Shown here: positions 9,901-18,800 of the stretch, one piece after another
Position numbering within the stretch: position 1 is the stretch's first letter
Layout of the letters: each line of letters opens with the position of its first letter
Origin: Promethearchaeota archaeon
Lineage (GTDB): Archaea; Asgardarchaeota; Heimdallarchaeia; Hodarchaeales; Hodarchaeaceae
DNA: 64,000 nucleotides
Reading direction: 5' to 3'
Assembly: GCA_048938105.1 (NCBI GenBank)
Contig: JBHLMN010000009.1
Span: 32,001 to 96,000, forward strand
The notes under the pieces: generated by a model
Seen by the model: only the letters and a program-made list of their open reading frames with translations
What the model was told of the DNA's origin: nothing
The model's database searches: none
Translations under genes and position numbers: made by a program

Positions 9901-12114
9901 AGTGTGAATATTCTTGAACCTGACTATGTTCCCCCAGGAATCATCTATGTTGATACTGATAAGTCTGCTTGGGGCTTTGAATATCCATATTCAACAGAAT
10001 TTACATATGGTCCATCATGGAAAGCAATCGACAACTGGCCAGATACATACTCAATCTATATCAACAGTACTACACCTTATGATACTGGTACTTGGATTAA
10101 TGATTCTCCAATTTTTGTTCCTGTAACTGGACCTACTAATGCGTTAGATGAGGGAATCTATAATATTACAGTAACATATAATGATACCTCTGGAAATGAG
10201 GCTACTGAGCAAATCTGGATCACTATCAACCCACCTGACGCAACGATACCGATTGTAACACCACTTTCAGATAATGATAGCGTACCATGGAATTATGCAG
10301 ATGAGAATGTAATTCCTCTTGTCTGGAATTGTACTGAAGAATATCTATTAAATATAAGTATCTATAAGTATTGTATCTATGCCGGTGGTGACATGGGGGA
10401 ATTTTCTCTTACTCAAGATAACCTTGAAGTACTCCTAGATCCAGATATAGAACACAATTTCATTGTAACATTCTATGTTCCTGAATCAGAGTTGGCACTT
10501 CCAGAAGCACCGTTCCCATATGATATGAATATTACACTCTTAGTTCAGGATGGCGGAGGTAATTCTGCCTCAGCAAGCATATTTATCACTGTGGCTGCCC
10601 CCGACATTGTTCCTCCTGAACTTACAATTTCACCTGATGATTATATTATTGCGTATCTCAATTACGGTGGATCATTTAATTTCACAGCAACAGACACTTA
10701 TCCAGCCAAATATGAGCTATGGATTAATTCGACTTTGGGTCAAAATGGTACTTGGAAATCTGGAGTTCCTGTAATATTTCAAGTAGAAGAGTTAAATCTA
10801 CCTGTTGGAGCCAATGATTTAGAACTATATGTATACGACCTAGTAGGTAATGATATTTCTACTAAATGTATCCTTACACTCCATGATATTGATCCCCCGA
10901 CTTTGATGGCAGATCCAGGCGATTTGATAGTTAATGAACATACTCTAATGGAAATAGAGATACCTTATTGGCAATTACACGATTTTGATCCCAGGCCTGG
11001 CACTTATCGAATTTATCAAGACAGTGTATTGGTCAAAAAAGGTACCTGGACCATTGGAAATTGTAGTATCCCAGTCCCTATTAGGAATTTAACCGCAGGA
11101 TCGTATAACATTAAGGCTGAATTTCGAGATGCGACTGGCAATATGATTCCCTCATCTTTTGATGTGACCATTAAAGATGTCCTTGCACCTTATATTTGGC
11201 CACACGACCCTATTTATTATGAACCACTCTATACCGCCTCGTGGTTTGAGTTTTTCATCTCAGAGCCACACTTAGAGAGCTATCGCCTCTTCAGAAATGG
11301 AACATCAATCGCTGAAGGGACTTTGTCAGAGGATTTTCCGTTTATATTCGTGAGTCTTGCGGATTTGTCTACAGGCTATTATACTTATACAGTGGAAGTC
11401 ACTGACGAGTCAGGAAATATAGGTACAGAATTAGTTGAGGTTCATGTTACTGATTACACTCCCCCGTTCATAATAAGACCACCAGACCTTGTTTTCTCCG
11501 AAGGGACCACAGGCCATTCAATACTTTGGGAAATCATAGAAGCAAACCCTCACAACTATTCTCTCTATCTCAATGATCAGCTAATTTCTTCGGGAACGCT
11601 TACAAACATGAACATGTCAATTTCTGTGGATACCCTTGAATTGGGATTACACAAGTATATCCTCGTCGTTTATTGTCAATTTGGATTTTCACATGCTGCA
11701 TCCTGTTACGTTGTTGTTGTGGATATTACTACACCGACATTGTCTCAAGTTTTCGATTGTAGATTCGTTGAAGGGGATCCCAATGCAAAAGTTGTTTGGA
11801 AAGCATACGATCTACATCCATCCTCATACACAATAAAACATAATGGAACCACTATTATAACAGAAACTTGGACAGGAACCGACATCACATTACCATTAAT
11901 TGGATGGTTTGCTGGAACTCATAATGTTGAGCTGATTGTAAGTGATACCTCAGGAAACACAGCCACAGATGAAGTCAAACTTAAAATAATTAAAAAAGAA
12001 TCATATACTACTTTGAAAGGACCGAGTAGCGCTCCAGGGTTCATTTTAATGTATACTATAATGGTTTTTATAATCTTAACACCAATTAAATTTCGTTTGA
12101 AAAAGCGAAAATGA
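6958..12114 (+). CDS. Giant cell-surface protein: novel N-terminal region, Ig-like stalk repeats, PGF-CTERM anchor
   Basis: Signal peptide (LIYAVFALLVLISPVVAQ), ATGA overlap with the upstream gene, Ig-like repeats of the same type as the neighbour, C-terminus APGF + TM + RLKKRK. Confidence 0.85.
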   Translation: MSFVQELKFGVKNHRNLIYAVFALLVLISPVVAQFYTPDIELSDFIPIQVPRLMKQDNGQAKSKVPDYLYNFLSEEDQKNLETYGEYLEYLSDEDLQMLETYNEYLQQLTDPNQQSSKAYDYFLNCWNPVEETISVSSEELPNFRESLQSFFFKDWVKKPSYSLEVEPDEEVESISTSDDHKIETTTRVRKDNCELVDTTIISENKEIHQRSVITEDSEITQISEISGRPRIQLIEPDFSGFDDIRIPIHSNEEGGKGAGQADLEWVTKTIDVEIGYKLSLSNIKEDLNFTIKNFVKFQAWAMFIVTFRFVFPVRLIIEYPAEVFEGQTYDFKVTLIPLDLPDYPEFKIKVLLWAGVRLDIKLLKLQVVCKPRWYWDIFKWKWRKTKKKFCGLSLSPVWKNVFYLPLVPMHSFEINDTFQTPLAGESATIDLHRGMCKVEDIGVIEGGDIDLLPIIAEKAPHPVIKIVAEVLSILMKLGLSLGWLDVFGNAVTGELAVSAGDSPKSKNTASWNHSGEVNTLEFGIPHEAGEYLGLSFDKMIFHARKITWMPEFFISFKDIDLKSVLDFFLSKWKKNFKWPEWLPNPKLLRLNEWFGTFRTPISKIDLGKNIPSRHSYEIYKLASKIVSADVYDFLMDVEEITPVGGQGALATVNTYDQMYEITLQNPAGRYDVIELEVQGLPEGYTATFDRAKPVYSIDSFPTTVDLIVSPPEYIKASPGVKTFNVVATSQAKRSLNVPDPTMTKSATLTVPSTSDFSLNVDLGTETAKTIQINYGDYIPIRFLGENLGNQNDTITVNATLYSLDSTLRSWENSYAVDPYGSGSSQYYSGGYGFTYDRADLYPSPGVYALDIEATSQRSPTNIKKERLALNFTTHYDLETSITPESTTMFANFGTNFTFTLKNMGHTVDNYTLTSSGWDDYITFLTGNKILDLAPNDTEEIIVALKIPKSEVNDTDAGVYDFRIAALSDGSGGAIFSSTDVSVNILEPDYVPPGIIYVDTDKSAWGFEYPYSTEFTYGPSWKAIDNWPDTYSIYINSTTPYDTGTWINDSPIFVPVTGPTNALDEGIYNITVTYNDTSGNEATEQIWITINPPDATIPIVTPLSDNDSVPWNYADENVIPLVWNCTEEYLLNISIYKYCIYAGGDMGEFSLTQDNLEVLLDPDIEHNFIVTFYVPESELALPEAPFPYDMNITLLVQDGGGNSASASIFITVAAPDIVPPELTISPDDYIIAYLNYGGSFNFTATDTYPAKYELWINSTLGQNGTWKSGVPVIFQVEELNLPVGANDLELYVYDLVGNDISTKCILTLHDIDPPTLMADPGDLIVNEHTLMEIEIPYWQLHDFDPRPGTYRIYQDSVLVKKGTWTIGNCSIPVPIRNLTAGSYNIKAEFRDATGNMIPSSFDVTIKDVLAPYIWPHDPIYYEPLYTASWFEFFISEPHLESYRLFRNGTSIAEGTLSEDFPFIFVSLADLSTGYYTYTVEVTDESGNIGTELVEVHVTDYTPPFIIRPPDLVFSEGTTGHSILWEIIEANPHNYSLYLNDQLISSGTLTNMNMSISVDTLELGLHKYILVVYCQFGFSHAASCYVVVVDITTPTLSQVFDCRFVEGDPNAKVVWKAYDLHPSSYTIKHNGTTIITETWTGTDITLPLIGWFAGTHNVELIVSDTSGNTATDEVKLKIIKKESYTTLKGPSSAPGFILMYTIMVFIILTPIKFRLKKRK

Positions 12115-12254
12115 TGATTACTTCAAATCCCTTCCTCGAATTATTTAACCAGTCATCTAATATAGTCCTTCGATAGATTTACTAATTAGCACTATAAGCC
12201 TCATGAAAAATGGCGCCTATAACTAGGAATAGCATATCATTCAAGAAAAAAACC

Positions 12255-13286
12255 TTAAAATCTCTTCTGTCCTCTTGGATATGCTCTGAATGGAGTTCTT
12301 GGTTCGAGACTGAGCCATTCAGTGGAATCTTCCAACCCAGTTAGCGACCTAAGGATATCAAAGGTTACCCACCTAGAAGATTGCGGAAATGGGGAATAAT
12401 TCCATAACCCGTAAGATCCTTGTTGTTGGAGGATGAATTCTAAGAGTTCTTTAACTCGTTCATCCTCTGTACTAGCCCCAACTCGCCAACATAAGTGGAG
12501 AAGGAAAGCAACATCAAATCTCGCGAAGTGTGTAAAATAGCCCGTAGCTAACTCTAATCCAATCAAACGAGATACTTCAAATCCAAGAGTGTGTTTTTCA
12601 CGAGTTTCCCGAGCAAGAAGAAGATCTAAGGCACGATGAGCTTCCTCACCAGTTCTGCGATCAGGATGTAATGCCAAACAATGTAACGCTGCTGTAGTAT
12701 TTGTCCGACATCCCCAATGTGAATGAGCGAGTTTCCGATACCCTGCAATCAACCCCCTCGTTCCTGCTTTCGTTCCCGCAGGCCATGATCCATCTCTTAA
12801 TCTTTGAGCTAATAACCATTCGTAACCACGCTCAGCTCGTTTATTAGTTGAGTATCCGCATGCTGCGACTGCACGTAATGGAAAAGCTGTTTGTAAAGGA
12901 ATCATATCATACCCTCCATCAACTTTTTGGCTCCTAAGAGGAAGAGGCCATAAACCTTCATCTGATTGTCTTGAGAAGAGAAATTCAACTCCCTTCTGAA
13001 CGGAGGGATGATCTGATGAATATCCTAAGAATCCAAACCTTAACAACACCATTGAGGTAGTTGTAATTTTATCAGTATAAGAAAACAAATTTGGAAAATC
13101 AGTACCATTCCAGGAACCATCAGATTGTTGGAGCTTAAGGAAGTCTGCTATTAGAAAATCAGAATCACGAATTTCTTTTAATTCTTTGACTTCTAGATCT
13201 GATTCTGGCTTATGTAGAAGGTCCTGTAAGACCAATAAACGCAAACAAGGAGATGGATCTGCTAAGAGTAATGGAATCCAGTTCAT
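12255..13286 (-). CDS. Prenyltransferase/squalene-cyclase (QW) repeat alpha-alpha toroid protein, function unknown
   Basis: QW-type motifs QQSDGSW, QSDEGLW, QRLRDGSW and QGSYGLW. No DxDD cyclase motif. ATGA overlap with the UvrA stop. Confidence 0.75.
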   Translation of the reverse strand: MNWIPLLLADPSPCLRLLVLQDLLHKPESDLEVKELKEIRDSDFLIADFLKLQQSDGSWNGTDFPNLFSYTDKITTTSMVLLRFGFLGYSSDHPSVQKGVEFLFSRQSDEGLWPLPLRSQKVDGGYDMIPLQTAFPLRAVAACGYSTNKRAERGYEWLLAQRLRDGSWPAGTKAGTRGLIAGYRKLAHSHWGCRTNTTAALHCLALHPDRRTGEEAHRALDLLLARETREKHTLGFEVSRLIGLELATGYFTHFARFDVAFLLHLCWRVGASTEDERVKELLEFILQQQGSYGLWNYSPFPQSSRWVTFDILRSLTGLEDSTEWLSLEPRTPFRAYPRGQKRF

Positions 13287-16200
13287 AATTGGCCCTCCAA
13301 AACAGGACGAAGGTACTCAGCAGTAGGAGTATCTCCTTCCGCTACTTTTAGGGGGGTGTCAGCTGCTACAATATACCCACCTTCTGGCCCTCCAACAGGT
13401 CCGAGTTCTATAAGCCAGTCACAGGCAGCCAACACATGGGGGTGATGTTCAATCACTACAACACTATTTCCTTCATCAACCAAATGTTGAAGTACTTTCA
13501 GTAACCGTGACACATCATGTAAATGCTGACCTACTGTAGGTTCATCCAAAATATACATTGTTGACTTTTCTAATTTTAGTTTCTTTCTACTAAGTTCTTT
13601 GGCAATTTTAAGCCTTTGACATTCTCCACCAGATAAATGAATGCGTGGTTGACGTAATAGCAAATATCCTAAACCCACGTTTTTAGCTGATTTTAGTGGT
13701 CGAGAAATTCTATCATCAGATTTGAAAAGGTCATATATCTGGTTAAGTGTTAAATCAAACAGCTCTGGCAAAGTATATCCATATAATCGAACCATCCATG
13801 CTTCAGCTGTTAGACCAGTTCCTTGACATGTATCACAAGAAGTGAATACATCAGGAAGAAAACCCATGTCCATTCGAATTCGACCCCTACCCTTACAAGC
13901 AGAACATCCTTGGAATAATTGCTTTTCATCCAATCCAAGAGCTTTAGCATCGTCACTCTCAGCATATAAGGAATATAGGGGTTTTCTTAAGTTAAAATAA
14001 GTAAATGGACTACTGACATTATGCTTTGATTGGTCAATAATCATTGCTCGAGATGGGGCTCCCTCAATAGAATCATATTCACCTGGATTAATTGGTTCAT
14101 ACGCGACAGAAGTTGTATGTTTTTTTGGTACAAGAATTCGGCTTAGTATATCAATTAACAATGTGCTTTTCCCTGAACCAGAAACTCCACAAATCCCTAC
14201 CAATACACCTAGTGGTATTTCTAAATTCACATCTTTAAGATTATGCTCACGAGCACCTCGAAGTCTTAGCCATCTCTTTGATGTACGGAATTTCTCATAC
14301 TTCTTTGGACGAGTAAAGCGACGTTTTCCTCGCAACCATAATGCAGTGATTGTATCAGCTTGGGAGATTTCTCCAAGAGTACCTTGAGCAACAATTGTTC
14401 CACCCTCTGTTCCAGGGCCAGGGCCAATATCTATTACATGATCAGCTGCCTTGATTACCTGAGGATCATGCTCTATAACAATGATTGTATTATTATCATC
14501 ACGAAGACGAGTTAAAGCATTTAACAATCCATCAATCTCACTAGGATGTAAGCCTCTAGTTGGTTCGTCAAGTAAGACTGTAAGAGAGGTCAAGTTACTC
14601 CCTAATAATCCAGCTAATCTTATTCGCTGGGCCTCACCTGCACTCAATGTCATTATTATACGGGAGGCATTGATGTACCCTAAACCAACTTGGTTCAAGA
14701 AGCCTAGACGATGAACAATGGTCTCTAGGCTGTATTGAGCAATATTTTTATCGATATTCGGTAATTCCAAATCTTGTAATACTTCTAGAAGTTGTTTAAA
14801 CGGCATTTCGGTTAAATCATAAATATTGTAACCCCCGAGAGTTATAGTAAGGTATTCAGGCCTTAATCGTGCCCCATTACACTCAGAACAGGTTACTGTA
14901 GAAGAATATGTACCACCAACATCCCAGTCACCAATCCAACCATAAAACCCTGGGAATTGAATTGTCCTATCATATGTACCTAGTCGACTTCGACTTTCAA
15001 ATGTAACCTTTAATGGTTTTGATTCGCCATATAAAAAAGCATTTTGAGCTTCTGGAGTCATTTCATTCCAAGGAGTTGTCATAGGATCAAAATTATGACG
15101 TTTTGCTAAAGCCTGAACTACATAATATCCTCCATTATACTTTTTACATAAATAACCCTTGGGAAAGAATCCTGGAGAGTACATTGCTCCCTTACACAAT
15201 GGTTTATCAGGATGAATGATTAATTTCTCTGGTTTAGGGATTGGAAGTGTTCCAACACCATGACATTTCTTGCAAGCTGAAGCATAATTTGAAGTGGAAA
15301 AATACTTTGCTTCAGGAATTGGGAAGGATAGATTGCAGTTTGGGCAAAACCACTCATGGAGGTTTCTCTTACACAGAGTATTACAGTTAGAACATTGATA
15401 TTCACCGAAATTCGACATAAGGATAGTTAAATGATGTGAAATCTCTGTTATTAAACCTACAGTTGAACGATAATTATACCATCTTCCAATTCGCCTTGGA
15501 TCGATACTAATAGTGACACCAAGACCAGTTATAGAATCAACTGGTGCTTCAGGTCCTTCTCTAAATCCTTGTCTTTCATAAAGAGATAATGTCTCGAGGA
15601 AACGTCTTTCGGCTTCGGATTTAAGGACATCACCGATTAGACTTGACTTTCCAGAACCAGATACTCCCGTAACTACTGTTATTATCCCCTTAGGAAATTC
15701 TATTGAAACATTCTTTAGATTATTGGCAGTTGCATTCTCAATTCGAATACTCTCTACTTTACTCTCACATTGAATTTCTTCTTTTATGGGCTTTATTGAA
15801 TCCTCATATTGAAGTCCTTTTGTAGTAACAGATTCCCTGGCTTTAAACAACTCTTTTGGAGAACCAGCAAATATCAAATTACCCCCTTCAGGGCCCGCAC
15901 CAGATCCAAGATCTATAATCCAATCGGCTGCACGAATAAAATCAGAATTATGTTCTACCACTACTATCGTTGCACCTGTTCGAACTAGTTTATCTAAAAC
16001 AAATAATAATCGTGATACATCATACGGATGTAAGCCTGTAGAAGGTTCATCTAATAAGATCAACCTCTCTTTTAGTGACCTCATTCCTAAATATTTCGCT
16101 AATTTTACTCGTTGAGCTTCTCCTCCTGAAAGTGTTGGAGAGGGTTGTCCAAGCGGGAGATAACCTAAGCCAACATCACGGAGCGCAGTCAAGATACGTT

Positions 16201-18184
16201 TAGCTGCATTCCAGTCTTTTTGTGCTAAGCCAATTTTTTTCTGTTTAATGAGCAAAGTATACGCTTCATCAACAGATAATTCATAGAAATCAGAAATTGA
16301 AAGTGAATGATTATCAAATCGTATCATTGCTTTAAGAACTTTGTCAGAAAAGCGTTTTGTCTCACATACATCACAGGGAATCCAGGTAGAGGGTAGAAAT
16401 CGCATTTTTACTTCAATAGCTCCCATACCTTTACAGTTTTCACACCACCCTTCTGATCGGTTGAAAGAGAAGTGTGAAGGGGAAAACCCTGTAATTTTTG
16501 AAAAGATATCACGAATAACTCCAGCTAAATTTGTGTAAGTAGCTGGATTAGAACGAGGATTTTTACCAATGGGTGTTTGATCAACTAAAACAGCTTTCAA
16601 TGATGGACCTGTTATTTCTTTACATCCAATAGGATTTAGTTCGGTTAAAGAGGCGTATAGCACATCTTCGACCAATGTACTCTTCCCACTACCACTCGGC
16701 CCTGTAATAACAGTTAGTTGGTTTATTGGTATTGATATATTAATACTCTTCAAATTTCTCAAACTAGCTTTTACAATCTTCAAAAATTGATTTGAGGGTG
16801 TACGGTACTCTGGGATCTCCACTTGATCCCTCATACTGAAGAAACGACCAGTATAACTGTTTGCTTTCCAAAGAGCGGATAATGAACCAGTAAAAGTAAC
16901 CTTTCCTCCCTCACGTCCAGCTCCAGGACCAAGATCAATTGCTTGATCTGCTGTAGCTGCAGCCACTCGATCATGTTCAACAAATATCACAGGCCCATGA
17001 AGCTGACGGAAAGCGGGAAGAAGCCTCATTGTATCAATGATACTTAAGCCAATCGTTGGTTCGTCTAATACATGAACTATATCTTCTAAACGACTGATTA
17101 GTGCGATTGCTAAACGTACTCTTTGCGACTCTCCTCGAGATAATGTCGGAGAGGAACGATTCAACGTGATGTAGCCTAATCCAACTGTTACTAACGCGTT
17201 CAATCGTCGTTGTATTTCAAAAAGTAATCGATTTGCGGAAGATGGGAGCTGTGGATCCATAAAAAGTGTCTTTGCCTCCTCAACTGATAGAGTTAACAGA
17301 TCAGGTAAGCGTAATCCTTTCCAAGTTACCATCAGAGTTTCAGGGTGTAAACCTACATTCTGACATCGTTTACACCCTTCTCCCTTACAATATGGACATG
17401 ACATATTGAAAAGAGAGGATTTTATTTCCCCTATCCATGTACCACAAGTAGAACAGCTATTTGTAAAAGAATACATCAATTGATCTTGTTGGTTGATATC
17501 AGATCGAACATGAACAGCATTGGCCCCTAGGGCTATGATCTTCTGAATGTGTACTCGGAGTTCTCTTGGTGAAACTGAATCATCTATTGCAGCTATTTCC
17601 ACTTCGATATCATGAACCTTGAAAGGATCTAAATCTTCAAAATGATAGGGATGACCATCTATAATCAGAGCTTTTTCCCCAAATTCAGTAAGAAGAGTAT
17701 CAAGTAAAGTTTTATGAGAACCCCTGACTTGTTTAACAATCGGCGCATACAGTTTCAAAGTATTATTTTTAACCTGTTGGCTTATTTGATCTACAACCTC
17801 ATCTTCTGAGTAAATAATGATCTTATTCGTACATTTAGGACAAGTTCGTTGGCCAAAATTAGTATAAAGTATTCTTAGAAAGGGATGAAGTCCTGATGCT
17901 GACGCGAGAGTTGATAGAGGGTTTCTGTTGAGAATATTTTGTTCTATTGCGATTGTGGGGCCTAAACCAGTGATTTTGTGAACTTTAGCTGGAGCTAATC
18001 GTGGTTTAGACCCCCTAGTGAATATTTCGGAAAATCGTCGGCGAGATTCGTGATATAATGTTGAGAAAACGAGCGAACTCTTACCACTTCCAGAAATACC
18101 CGTGACAACAGTTAATCCGTCTCCAAATTCAACATCAACATTTTGGAGATTATTTTCATTCGCACCTTGGATTTTAATTTTCAC
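13283..18184 (-). CDS. uvrA: Double-length (fused tandem) UvrA-family ABC ATPase
   Basis: Four Walker A motifs (GISGSGKS, GPSGSGKS, GVSGSGKS twice), four signatures (LSRGESQR, LSGGEAQR, LSAGEAQR, LSGGECQR), four LDEP Walker B motifs, CxxC zinc fingers and GA.ENNL starts. GTG start. Confidence 0.93.
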   Translation of the reverse strand: MKIKIQGANENNLQNVDVEFGDGLTVVTGISGSGKSSLVFSTLYHESRRRFSEIFTRGSKPRLAPAKVHKITGLGPTIAIEQNILNRNPLSTLASASGLHPFLRILYTNFGQRTCPKCTNKIIIYSEDEVVDQISQQVKNNTLKLYAPIVKQVRGSHKTLLDTLLTEFGEKALIIDGHPYHFEDLDPFKVHDIEVEIAAIDDSVSPRELRVHIQKIIALGANAVHVRSDINQQDQLMYSFTNSCSTCGTWIGEIKSSLFNMSCPYCKGEGCKRCQNVGLHPETLMVTWKGLRLPDLLTLSVEEAKTLFMDPQLPSSANRLLFEIQRRLNALVTVGLGYITLNRSSPTLSRGESQRVRLAIALISRLEDIVHVLDEPTIGLSIIDTMRLLPAFRQLHGPVIFVEHDRVAAATADQAIDLGPGAGREGGKVTFTGSLSALWKANSYTGRFFSMRDQVEIPEYRTPSNQFLKIVKASLRNLKSINISIPINQLTVITGPSGSGKSTLVEDVLYASLTELNPIGCKEITGPSLKAVLVDQTPIGKNPRSNPATYTNLAGVIRDIFSKITGFSPSHFSFNRSEGWCENCKGMGAIEVKMRFLPSTWIPCDVCETKRFSDKVLKAMIRFDNHSLSISDFYELSVDEAYTLLIKQKKIGLAQKDWNAAKRILTALRDVGLGYLPLGQPSPTLSGGEAQRVKLAKYLGMRSLKERLILLDEPSTGLHPYDVSRLLFVLDKLVRTGATIVVVEHNSDFIRAADWIIDLGSGAGPEGGNLIFAGSPKELFKARESVTTKGLQYEDSIKPIKEEIQCESKVESIRIENATANNLKNVSIEFPKGIITVVTGVSGSGKSSLIGDVLKSEAERRFLETLSLYERQGFREGPEAPVDSITGLGVTISIDPRRIGRWYNYRSTVGLITEISHHLTILMSNFGEYQCSNCNTLCKRNLHEWFCPNCNLSFPIPEAKYFSTSNYASACKKCHGVGTLPIPKPEKLIIHPDKPLCKGAMYSPGFFPKGYLCKKYNGGYYVVQALAKRHNFDPMTTPWNEMTPEAQNAFLYGESKPLKVTFESRSRLGTYDRTIQFPGFYGWIGDWDVGGTYSSTVTCSECNGARLRPEYLTITLGGYNIYDLTEMPFKQLLEVLQDLELPNIDKNIAQYSLETIVHRLGFLNQVGLGYINASRIIMTLSAGEAQRIRLAGLLGSNLTSLTVLLDEPTRGLHPSEIDGLLNALTRLRDDNNTIIVIEHDPQVIKAADHVIDIGPGPGTEGGTIVAQGTLGEISQADTITALWLRGKRRFTRPKKYEKFRTSKRWLRLRGAREHNLKDVNLEIPLGVLVGICGVSGSGKSTLLIDILSRILVPKKHTTSVAYEPINPGEYDSIEGAPSRAMIIDQSKHNVSSPFTYFNLRKPLYSLYAESDDAKALGLDEKQLFQGCSACKGRGRIRMDMGFLPDVFTSCDTCQGTGLTAEAWMVRLYGYTLPELFDLTLNQIYDLFKSDDRISRPLKSAKNVGLGYLLLRQPRIHLSGGECQRLKIAKELSRKKLKLEKSTMYILDEPTVGQHLHDVSRLLKVLQHLVDEGNSVVVIEHHPHVLAACDWLIELGPVGGPEGGYIVAADTPLKVAEGDTPTAEYLRPVLEGQL

Positions 18185-18511
18185 TTTGGTACCACTGTCA
18201 CGGAATTAATTGTATTTATTCAATAATATTAAGTTACATCAAAATATTTCCAAATTAAGGATATTAATCTACAGAGTTAATAGAATTCAAATTCATTTTT
18301 TAATCATCGGAAAAGATTAATTAAAATTCAAACTCAGTATGCTAATCTAATTTCGATTAAGAATTCATATTAAAACTACTTTGCTTCATTGATTTACCAA
18401 TAATTAAAAGAAGACTGAGTAACAGGAGACGCTATCTCTTCTACAGCTTGTTGTAGCTGGGTGACCTTCGATATATTATGTTCTCTCTCTCAATTAGATA
18501 ATACTACAGAT

Positions 18512-18554
18512 TGGATAGGTCTTGAACCTCGAACCCCATTCAAGGCCTATACCA
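18512..18554. other. Intergenic stem-loop (12-bp core stem)
   Basis: ataggtcttgaa (18515-18526) pairs with ttcaaggcctat (18539-18550), with one G-U pair, a 12-nt loop and outer tgg/cca. Confidence 0.5.
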
Positions 18555-18800
18555 GAAGAAAAAAACGATTTTGAATTTTAGGATACGTAGAAACACACCT
18601 GTATATATGAAGAGGAATTTCACTATATGCCGTAATTTCATATATATTTCTCCTCACAAATGATTCTAAGAAGAGTAGTTTTGATTAAAAATAACAAGCG
18701 TAATTAGAATCATTGGTAATTGGGCATGGCCAAAAATTTTTTAAAATGGCCACTAGAATAGCAGTAAGATTATTCACAAAAAAAGCACTATTTAGAAAAC

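Noticed and set aside
12255-13286. Squalene-hopene or oxidosqualene cyclase
   Set aside because: About half the expected length, with no DxDD or DCTAE catalytic motif.
18512-18554. tRNA gene (minus strand has GGTTCGA, GGTTCAAG and a terminal CCA)
   Set aside because: Only a single hairpin of about 43 nt; no D arm or anticodon arm can be formed.
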